A stretch of 64,000 nucleotides of DNA from Trichosphaerium sp. ATCC 40318. Lineage: Eukaryota > Protista > Tubulinea. Within the stretch, counting starts at the first letter, position 1; every line of letters starts with the position of its first letter. Of the stretch, positions 53,901 through 64,000 are shown in pieces. A model generated the notes under the pieces. It ran no database searches and had not been told where the DNA came from. It was given only the letters and a program-made list of their open reading frames with translations. Location of the stretch: assembly GCA_038496445.1 (NCBI GenBank), contig JALMLS010000376.1, forward strand, positions 792,201-856,200, written 5' to 3'. The translations under genes were made by a program, and so were the position numbers.

Positions 53901-56115
53901 GATTGTTCCAGCTTTTCCGCCGTTACCAGATATACCAGCATCACCGCCATCACCACCACTTTTACCTTTCTAATAATATTCTTTAGAAAACCATTCATTA
54001 CATCGAGAGTATTCAACTTACTTTACCAATGGCGTCATGATTGTCTCCCATAAAAAAACCTTCAATGTCATCTCCAGCATCACCTTGTTAAAGGTTTAAT
54101 CGTATTACCTTTTGCATTATATTCTTACCTTCTTTGCCGTCGATACCTTTTCCTCCATCTTGTCCTCGTCCTCCAGGACCTCCTTTGGATATAAGAAGGA
54201 TCTTAGGTTTATCACCAGCCTTTCCTACGATTTCTTCGAGTTTCAATTCCTTTTGATTAAGTGAGCATGCTTCCTGTTACGATTAAGCTGCTTACTGATA
54301 TAATTGGCTTATATTTATTGTTGACTTGGGTAGTGCAATTCGTTGCAATTTCCTTATCGAGATTATGGAGCATAGAGACGATATAGTCTTTAAGAAAATC
54401 GAGATCACTTTCAATTTCGCATTCATATGATAAATCAAGACCACGAACTACTGTATTGACACTAGTCACAGTTCCTTTATTGTTAAAAGGATCAAGTGTG
54501 AGTTGACCGATCAAAGCAATATCAAAAGTGTCAACAGATTTGATAACACCTAAGTGTTAAGGTAAGCTTTTAGAAGGATTGTAATATTCTTACCCTTCTT
54601 CTCTTTAATGGGAATTTCGGAGCTAGAATCAACAGTGAAAGTACCCTCTAAACTGACCTAAAGTATTCGTTTGTTTATGTAAAAAATAATAGCCTATCAT
54701 ACCAAGGTAAAGCAAACCTCGATAATTGTCTATAATACAGAGTTAGGTGATAATTCTAGAAAGAAGACCTGTTTCAGTACTTTGTAATTATCGCCTGGAG
54801 TCCACAGTGTTGATACTGTTGGTTCACCACCACTCGATAACTTGAGATCATAAGCAATTGTTCCAGTCAATTTTCCGGTATTTGCAGGTATAGAAATCTG
54901 TGGTAAAAATAAATCAATAAACAAAGCGCAAAGGCTGAATCAAGAAAGCTCACCTTAAACTCATCAAGAGGAATATCAGCTTCTGTAACTTTTTCCTTTA
55001 CTGCTTCTTCAACACGAGATTTGAGCTCAGGCGCAATTCCAGTCGATGAAAACTAGTGTCACGTGAGAATCACGTGATTGTAAAAAAAACTCTCGGAAAT
55101 TCAAAACAAATTTTACCTCTGGAACGCCTTCTTCTTCTTCAGTTTCCTTCACTTCTTCAGTTTTACCTCTTCTTTTGGCTATAAAAAGGTATTAGAGCTT
55201 CATCAAGTTTACAATCATTTTACCTTCAGTTTTTTTCGCAATTAAACGCTCTCCTACTACAATAATGCTTCCTCCATTAGCGCCCTTTGATATTACGTCA
55301 GTACAACAGTAAAACGAACAACCGAAGAAGTTTCACAACGTACATCAGTGCCCTTCTCTCCTGCTACTCCTGCAGTATCCTTGTAACAAAGTTAGTTAAT
55401 GCACGCAGGCGGATCGTACCTGTTCTTTGCCTTCTTCAGCTTCGGCTTGAGCAGGCACCTTTCCTTTGGCAAAGTCGCCATCGGCAGGCGCAGCAGGTCC
55501 AGATACCTAAATAGTGTCAACCATTAACGAAGGGTTGTGAAAGCGTACGTCAATATACACTTTATCTTTAAACTCAACATTTCTGGCAAAAACCTAACAC
55601 ATTTAGGACACGCACGGAGAAAACGATCCTTATCTTACCTTGAAATCCTTTCCAGGATTCTCCAGCTTACCTAGAGGCACATAGTTAGCCTTAAAAACGT
55701 GTCTGAAGCCAAAGGCATACCGTTAAGCGTAACTTTATCTCCATAAATTTCAACGTGACTTGATGACGCTTCACGCCTTCCTTTGGTTACTTTAAAAGGT
55801 AATTTATCCTAAAATAAAGCGTAAACAATCTATGTTTGTCCACTCCGATGTTTCGAGTATGAAACAGCCTTATATAGCTCTTTACCTGCGTAATAGAAAC
55901 ATCTAACCCATAGATATACGTGACATCATCACTTTTTGTTTTGAGTGACAAATGGCCAGGTGGAAGATTTATTCCTGGTCCTTTGCCTACCTTTGGTTTT
56001 CTAGGGCTACTGTTAGGATATACTGACTTTTCTTCGCTCTCCGTGTCATGTCACAGGTGAAATGTCATTTGTTTTAAACGTACTCAGGACCTGTTCCTCC
56101 AGCTTGATTACCCAT
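50961..56115 (-). CDS. Large multi-exon protein with Gly-rich/collagen-like N-half, helical/coiled-coil core and C-terminal beta domain; putative toxin-like
   Basis: Starts MGNQAGGTG. Motifs: EIYGDKVTLNGKLENPGKDFKVFARNV..DVSG, GANGGSIIV, GGPGGRGQDGGKG, GGDGGDAGISGNGGKAGTITV, GLDFWG..P..SL, a coiled coil, and YYGLSPFAFWVVDF..VSQFKLKFSG. The gene is well supported; the function is inferred. Confidence 0.7.
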
Positions 56116-56205
56116 GGCGTTGTTGGAAAATTCGGTGTCCTTTTAGGATGTTGGCTTAAGTCCAAAATCGTTGTTGGCTTAGGGTGTCAACATTAAAATA
56201 CAAAA
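56116..56205. promoter_or_regulatory. Probable 90-bp bidirectional promoter
   Basis: It separates divergent ATGs at 56115(-) and 56206(+). It contains two copies each of GTTGTTGG, GTTGGCTTA and GGTGTC. Confidence 0.5.
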
Positions 56206-58373
56206 ATGGCTAGTTTCGAAGTTAAACTTCATGTTTATGATTTATCGCGTGGTATGGCGAAACAACTTTCCCAAGCGTTCTTGGGGAAGCAAATAGAAGG
56301 TATTTGGTACGCCTATACGTTATTTTTCGTCACGGATTTCTAATACTCGTTTTAGGCATACTGGCGTAGTTGTATATGGAATGGAATACTTTTGGGGCGG
56401 TGTAATACAACAATTAGAACCAGTACGTTACCAAGCGCTGAAAATGCTCACAATCATAGTCTATGACCCAATATGGCACACCAACGAAAGTAATACCGTA
56501 TCCACAAAACTGAGTACAATTTTTTTGTAACAAGCTAAAAAGCCTTAACTACGAAGACTCGGTACAACACAAATCCCAAAAGAAGTCTTTGACGATTTCA
56601 TCGCCGAAATAAGCCCAAACTACAATTTGAGCACATATAGACTCCTAGGCAACAATTGCAATAACTTTAGCAATACTGTGAGCGAATTCTTGACTGGTAA
56701 AGGCATTCCAAAAGGCAAGAAAACCATAAACAAAAAAAGAATATTAAATCAACATCTTCGCTTTGAGCGCTCTTACTCATTCTTGATGACTAGATATTGT
56801 CGGTTTACCAGATGAAGTACTTAATTCTCCTTTTGGTGCAATGATAAAGCCTTTAATTGAGCAGTTTGAAGCTCAAGCAAAGCAACAGCGCGCAATGCCA
56901 GAAATGATGCACTACCAGTAAGTGCTTTTTTGTTTTCTTACATTTATAGATACTTTGATTGGTCTTGTTCTTACTAACTCACAATGTCATTAGACAGCAA
57001 GCGGCTTTAGGAAGTCAAGTTCCTAATAACGGAGCATCTACAGCAACTACACCAGTGGCACCTCAAATTTCATTACAGGGTAAATTGATATATCTTTGGG
57101 GTTTTTTTTTTATTAATGTTGGCGTTTATAGATCTTTCACAAGTATTACCAAAACTTACTGTATTGGCAAAGAATGGAGAAAGAGTCCAAGTACCAATCA
57201 TTGCAGAACAAAAAAATATTGAAGCAATGATAAATAAGCTTGCTAAAACAACGTCATTAACTGAGGTATTTTTCAAAATCATCTTTTTTTTTTTATTGAT
57301 AACGGTCTTATGTCTTATATTTTTCTTGCTTTATAGGCTGAAACTAAGGCTTTATCTTCTATAAAATTATTTGTTGAAGATCCACTAAAGAACGAGGTAT
57401 CAGGAAATGCCTTCGACGTCATGAGTATGTTGATGTTTTTTTGTTTTTTTCTTTACAAATTTTTGTTGTTGTTGCCTGGCTTCGCTTCTAACAAAGTATA
57501 TAGTATCAAAATTAGACAGTGCTCCGTATCCTATATTATACATCCTCAGATTATTTATTCTTTATGAACCAGCAACTAGCTTGTTTGTCTTGGAAGAACG
57601 TACGTTGTTTGCGAAAATAAAAAAAAAGTTCACTTTGTTCATTAACAGAAATACTACAGCAACCTTCCTGAAAAAATGCCTAAGCGTTTACTTGAAAGCA
57701 GAAAAGGCACCACCAAAAATGATGGCGCTGTTATTGGTACGTTTCTTTGAGATAAGCTTAAACAGAAACCGAGAAATCTGAGAAAACGCTAAATATAGCA
57801 CTGTATTAATCTGTTTACAGGGAGTAAATCTCTTTAAGCAGAGTTGTGGTAAAGAATTTATGCTACAACAAGACGTTGCTTCGATAGTACTGCGACAACT
57901 AGAGACACTGATGACTAACAGAAAAACTAAAGCAGTACGTCTAAAATCACAATAACTGTAACAATGAAAAATTTGAAACAGAAAAAACCTCCCAATGTTA
58001 GTGCTCTAATACTCTATCATAGACTGCTTCAGCATTGCTTTATAATTATGCCTTGGCATCAAAACCATCGTATACATACAATAAAACAATTTTCAAATTA
58101 ATTACAACAGAACTGGATTCACCTAATTTTATTGATCACCAACATGGTACAACCAAAAATAAATACTGCACTCTTCTTACATTCTTTTTAGTCTTTCGCA
58201 TGTTGTTTGCCTGTGGACAAGTTCTCATTTCTGACAATGCTCATCGTATAGAATTTGCTCTCAAGAACAACTTAGACGCAATAAAAGCGGGTGTTGAGCG
58301 TGCGCAATGGACAGAAGGAAATAAAAAAAATATGTTGGCTTTGATTTCTGATATTCAACAACTTGTAAAATAA
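56206..58373 (+). CDS. PPPDE/DeSI-family desumoylating isopeptidase with C-terminal PUL-like helical domain
   Basis: [38 protein letters not shown], catalytic [33 protein letters not shown]. The C-terminal [18 protein letters not shown] is PUL-like. Confidence 0.92.
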
Positions 58374-59461
58374 AATGTTAAACAACAAATGTAACCCTTA
58401 GACCAGCCAAAATGGAGTGAACAAACATCAATTCCACAATTGAAATAACCAACACAGCCGAGTTGGGAATAGAACAATCAAGCGTATGCTGCAAAGCTAG
58501 AAATATAACGTGGAAGGTATGTGATACGTTAGGATGTAAGAATCACAAAAACTAAACAAAAAACACAACTTATTCTGTGTTTTTTTGTTTTTGTAATTTG
58601 ACCTCCTAAGGAACGTTTATTGACCGATATTAAAGTACAAGTACAAGGTAAGGTACAATCTAGCATGGCTTTGTATGTTGCAAGAAACTTTCTTATTGAA
58701 CTACTCACCTTTACTACAACTGTCCGCTAATGGATTCTATTTTTATCATTGCCAGAGTAATCACGTGCTATAAAACAAAACATCCATGATAGTCGCTGTA
58801 TGGTATAAAAAAATTCTGCGATTCTTTATGTAGTCTCTATAGCGAGATCCCACTGACATCCAAATCTAAGCATTTCTATCAAACCAAGTAGGGTACCAGT
58901 AACTATACTACGTTCGCCGAGTAGGTGAATGCCTACACTCTTTTATTTGTGTCAATGTAAGGATGTGTACCTGGCCAGTGTATCTTCCTTACGTGTATAT
59001 AAAATAAGAGTAGTTGTGACTCTTGTTTGTATAAAAATTCTCTCTTTATTAGGAATGTACACGGTATGAATTCTATTCATTGATAGTGTCTACGTCAGCA
59101 AAGACCTTGTTATAAGGAGTTCAACGAACGGACTTCCTTACATCAAGTAAGAGTTTTCCTAAACACCATTTATAATCCATTAGGTAATTTAAGCCACACG
59201 GTTCACATTATCTTCGCTTTGATCACTTTCTACAAACTCGAGAAGGAAGAACATCTCGTACGTACTGGTATACACTTTGGACTGTAAATAAGTAGATTAC
59301 CCATTTCACCAATAACGCAACAAATTGAATCCAGGCGCTTGTGTGCTCTCTGCTACGCCAAAAAGACCCAATTTTGTCATTTGTATTTTTGTAATATCTC
59401 AACTAACGTTCTTAATGCGTTAGCATCGAATAACCTCTCAATAACTCCAGAAGAGGTGGTT

Positions 59462-60732
59462 ATGTTTCGTATACTTGGTTCGCTTTCTTTATTACTTATA
59501 TTCTCGCGGTACACATCATGTATTAACATACGAAATTATACTAGCGCTGTAAGCTACTGTGAAAATAGGCACGTGATAAATTTGCTAAATGATTTCTTTG
59601 CTAATATTGTTTTGAAGAGGTCAAATGGTACCAGAAATCCTCACCAAAACTGATTTTGACAAGTGGAAGAATATGAGTCAATCGTTAAGAGGTGGCAGCA
59701 TCTGGTTGAATGCGCGCTTTGATACAAATGCAACTGACACAATGGTTGTATGCGAAGATTGCTACAAAACTAATACAGATTGTGAAAGTTGCGAGATTGT
59801 ATTATCATCATTCAGATGGCAAGCAAGCGGGAAAAGTATATTATCAAGTGACTTGTTTCAATCTGATGCCAAAGGGAATGCTTCATTTTTTATAAACGAA
59901 TTTTTTATTACTGATCCGGATTTTGGTAATTCTCAGAAATGTCTTCAGATGCGTAGCGCAGGTAGTGGTTCTATTGATTTTGTAGTAGTCTAACTTTCTT
60001 TGTAGGTTTGAATGACATTCCCTGTGATGAAAGACCCCAAACAGAAGTTTCGTGTATCAACAAAACAACACTTGATCCACCAACAATAGCAATTGGTGAT
60101 TCACCAACAATAGCAATTGATGTTGTTGAAATTGATGGAACTTTTTCTGTAATTGGAATAATTTACAGTACACCTGGTACAACACTTCTGATATTGATAA
60201 GTTAAATTGATGAAGTGATTTAGGAGATATTCTGTTTTTGGATAATACTGTGATTTTGGTGGATTCAAACTCTTCAATCTTAATAGGAGGATGTCCTATC
60301 TTCAACAAGAATGTTGTCATTGACACAACCGCAATAGAAAAAACTGATTCGTTTACTTTGATTAACTTCCGAGAAGACTGCGTGATCGACACAGACAACA
60401 TAACTCTAACTGATACAACTAATGCATGTTTTTCTCAAAGTACGCCCTTTACGAAGAAAGTAGTTACACCTTGGTTCATAGCTCTGACTTTTTTTTAAAC
60501 AGCAAGTGGAAAGTTGATCATCTTGTTTTCTTCATCATGTGTAGCTCAATCAAACACCTCAGATTTTCCAACAGTCCCTGTAGTTGCTGCAGTAGTAGCT
60601 TTGGTTGTTCTTATTGCGATTGTGATACTATTGTTAACATTAATTATACCTTCATGGCGTGAACGTATTTATCCTTATCGTTCATATTCAAAAAAAAAAA
60701 ATGGACAAGTTGTCCAAGAAATGAGATCATAA
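59462..60732 (+). CDS. Type I membrane protein with C-type-lectin-like domain
   Basis: Signal peptide; NYTSAVSYCENRG, SIWLNA, FRWQ and QKCLQM..LNDIPC (CTLD pattern); stalk domain; TM VVAAVVALVVLIAIVILLL; tail IPSWRERIYPYR. Confidence 0.75.
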
Positions 60733-61351
60733 TTGTACAATAAAACACCTAGTCACCTACCACCACACTTAAACAAGTGTGCTAGCACCCTTATTTTGAT
60801 AACGATTAGTATATAAGTTTTGCAAAAACATGGTCAGCAATTGCATTGCACTTGTGGTTGACACTTCCCAATGCGCGTGTGACCAATTTAAGCGTTCGAA
60901 AGAAAAAATACAGCGAGTAGATTGCAACGGAGTATTTGTTTTTCATTTCGCCTTTTTGGTTGTAGTCTAGAACGTCAGCGATTAATGGCTAGGTTTCATA
61001 CCAGGTGTACTCAACATCCTTCTTTTCATTTAAAGGATTCCAGAATAATCGAAATTCCTGTCGTCTCATATCGATGGGAGTTTTGTTGGCATGCGTAGAC
61101 AAAGATATTAAACTCGATTCCGGTTTTGTAATAATGACAACTCTGATTTCATGCCTTAAACGTAACGATAGCTCCATTGTATCGTTTTTCACGCCTTCAG
61201 AGGTTGTTGTATGTAACGTACGGGTAATTATGCCTTCAAATAAGGTTTTAATAATTATTAAAATTCCGGAAAGATCACAAACGTAATAGCATTGACTTGT
61301 ATCGCGTTATTAGGCCGCTTTCCAGCTTAATACAGTTTATTTAAGTCTACA

Positions 61352-63951
61352 ATGGAAAAACAAAAAGTTTCAGTAAGTTTTAATGGTGTACCTATGCACG
61401 TACAAAGACGGCATGAGAGGCGAAAAAGACGTGCCTGCACGCGTTGTAGGACGAAACATTTAAAATGCGACGGAAATGAGCCATGCGCTAGATGTGAAAA
61501 GCGTTCAGTTGATTGTACTTATCCCCCACCCCAGAAAAGAGGCCCTGCACAAGGTAAGAGAATGCTAGAACGATTGTTTTATCTAATTGTGTACAAAAAA
61601 AAGCTAACGTGTTTTTCGTGCATTAGGACACCTCATTAGAATGGCAGCAGAGATGGCAAAACTAAAAAAGAAGTTAGAAGCTCAACAAGCAGAAATTGAC
61701 CGGTTAAAACAACTAAGCACTAGAAAGCCTTCACCAGTGCGTTGAATTTATTATTTAACCAAGTTAAACTGTTTTGGGTAAACTAACTCTTTTTTTTCTC
61801 TTAAATCAAGGCTTCATGGGCTCGCTCCGCAAGACTTATGTTAATTTCAAACACTAATTCATATGCTGAATTGTATCGTACTACGTTAGGACCATGGAAC
61901 GTACGTGGGTTTTTTTTTTTCGTATTTTCACGAAAAGCGCTCTAAAACATTGTAGGGGCAATCTTCCAATACAATGAATGCCTCAGCGCTTTTAGAAACA
62001 CTAAGGAGGGATAACAGTACGATACCCTCGTGTCCCGAAGGAGGACTAAACCCAAAATTATCATGAAATCCAGAATTTTCTATTTCAATTTGGAAATCAA
62101 AACACCAGATTAAGATATTTTCTCGACTTACCCTATGTACCTAGCTTGGCGTTTTGATCCCAGAATGTTACGTGTTTTAACGTGTATGGCATGGGGTGCT
62201 AGATTAGCTGGGTTTAGTAGTCATGCTGCTGAGTTTATAGACATGTCAAAGGAAATTGTTCGATCAATGCTTGAGAAAAATAATGTTATACTTGCTCGTA
62301 TGTAAACTATCTCCTATCAACCTTTTCCCAAGTAATTTATGTTTAATATTCTTTAAGAGGGTGTATATAACCTCGGTATGTATATTATGGGCACTGAAGA
62401 TGTTCCTATGGGGTTATTTTATGTAAACACGTCATTAGGTATGTTTCTTTTTTTTTCATTTTTTTAACTTGAATTTGAAGCGATTGTGGATAGAATGAAA
62501 GGTGATGCTACTGTAATGCAAAATCAATTTGCTGCCCTTGCAATATATATACTTCATACAAACTTTAAAGTACACTTAGTCGATTTAGCTGCGAGATCAA
62601 GGTACGTGACAGTGTTCAACACTTTGTTTATTAAATAATTTTTTTAAAGGGAAGATATTGTTGAATCATTACAAGAGATTGTACAACAACTTTCATATCT
62701 AATGCTTGAAGAACATGCTAATAATTTAAATGAAATTCAAGTTACACAATTACTTTGGGCATCTGCAACCGCGGTATGGGTCTCGACGTTTACGTCTGTT
62801 ACTCTTTCAGTGAAAAAAAGGCGGCAAAATATTTACTCCATGGTTTGTAGGTTTGGGTTAAAGTATCACATATGCATATGTACGCGTATATATGGGGAGA
62901 TAATGCTAAACTACCGAGATTGGTTAGTGCACAATGCGATAAACCGTTTTTTTTTGATTTTTTTTTAGACAGCTGAGGAATATAGTGATTGTATGAACCA
63001 GCTGTATGACTTGAAGAAGTTTGCTTCCTTCGCATTTTCTGTAAAGTCCCCTTACAACTCGACTTGTTTCGGAGCTATGGCCGATTCTATTGCTGCTGTG
63101 GCAAGCCTTGCTGCTTCTTTTACAACGATAGCTTCAAACGTACTAGCACAGTTTATTTTTATTACGAAAATTCAATTTTGTTTTCCCTGTTGTTGACAAC
63201 CATTGATAGACAGCGTGGGCTACTTGGAACGTGTATAAAGCAGCATCGAATCCACAATTTTTTCCTGGCGCGCCTTATATTTTGTATAATATATGTTATG
63301 TCGCCCTACACACGTGTGATCGGCCATTATTTTACGCAGTAAGTCAATTTACCCTTTTAACTTTTTTTTTTTTGGCGATAATGTACATAAAAATCACGTG
63401 ATTGTTTATTACGTGTTGTAGTGTTTTCAAAGTCTTATTGATAGCATTGGATTTATACTCATAGCACCTGTTCATTTATGGTACATACTCAAAATGCCTG
63501 TTGGCGCTAGAAACTTTTTAGCGGATTTTTTTTGGGCAAGTTTTTTAAAACGTGTTTTAGGTGTATTTACCAAGAAGCACTATGTTGTGGATTTGATATG
63601 ACGTATTATACTGATGTTATGAATGAAATGCAGAGAACACAGCCAGTCTCTTTACAAGATTTGTACGGATTCTGTGACGCCTTCTCCTTCGAACTTTCTT
63701 TTTTTTATTATTACTTTGTTTTTTAATTCTTTTCTACTAGTACTTCCAAACCAAAGGTTCCGCCAGAAATAAAAGACTTGAGTGTACATACTACAACAGA
63801 GACAGAGGTTAAGCAGAAAGAAGATGATGCTCCCTTTGATTTTAGTGACTGTCGAATTGACCCATTAAAAAAACTTTGTTCAGAAACAAATACATTGGAT
63901 GAGTGGGTAAACACGTCTTTATGCCTTGAGAACAAAAATGATGAAATGTAA
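61352..63951 (+). CDS. Second Zn(II)2Cys6 transcription factor with coiled-coil linker
   Basis: RACTRCRTKHLKCDGNEPCARCEKRSVDCTY..KRGP, followed by the coiled coil MAAEMAKLKKKLEAQQAEIDRLKQ. Spliceable exons run to a stop at 63951. Confidence 0.85.
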
Positions 63952-64000
63952 ATTGTAATAAAGAAATATTTAATGGTACGGTACCAGATAACTGTGAGGG

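Noticed and set aside
58840-58895. GCGAGATCCCACTG resembling LSU rRNA, or a C/D snoRNA ending in CTGA
   Set aside because: The match is short, in sense orientation, does not extend and has no proper C box.
78-63935. Most short ORFs in the track, including antisense ORFs such as 78-305, 1289-1549, 6437-6826, 6893-7288 and 48294-48611
   Set aside because: They are shadows of real genes on the opposite strand or exon-plus-intron read-throughs, not independent genes.
1-64000. Alternative genetic code or systematic RNA editing to explain the fragmented ORFs
   Set aside because: Stops and frame changes resolve with short GT/GC-AG introns, and genes end in TAA, TAG and TGA. Only isolated breaks near A-runs remain.

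Overview
This is eukaryotic, AT-rich (about one-third GC), gene-dense nuclear DNA with many short (mostly 40-70 nt) spliceosomal introns and the standard genetic code, so the ORF track fragments nearly every gene. I spliced the genes by eye, and internal exon boundaries are approximate. The gene content suggests a free-living amoebozoan-like protist (inference): cAMP-receptor-type and class C GPCRs, Zn2Cys6 factors, a Dispatched-like RND protein and many F-box proteins. About 24 genes are present: LMW-PTP, two intronless F-box/MORN-variant genes plus a MORN remnant, CRAL-TRIO, two Zn2Cys6 TFs, F-box/RCC1, an AIFM2/FSP1-like + NmrA-like fusion, tandem class C GPCRs, an inverted pair of secreted PLAT proteins, a cAR-like GPCR, Dispatched-like, PAP2, an acylated SAM protein, a large membrane-repeat/UBA protein, two secreted peptide-precursor candidates, F-box/NHL, tandem beta-helix surface proteins, a large Gly-rich toxin-like gene, DeSI-PUL and a C-type lectin membrane protein. 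The most notable observations are: (1) the putative pore-forming-toxin-like gene at 50961-56115; (2) a ~13-fold D-x-P...W/Y-R membrane repeat protein; (3) 13 GC-AG introns, mostly with GCACGT donors, plus four U12-like introns; (4) intronless F-box-MORN genes of possible viral or bacterial origin; (5) paralog pairs with homogenised anchors and divergent ectodomains. I found no rRNA, tRNA, CRISPR array or transposon.
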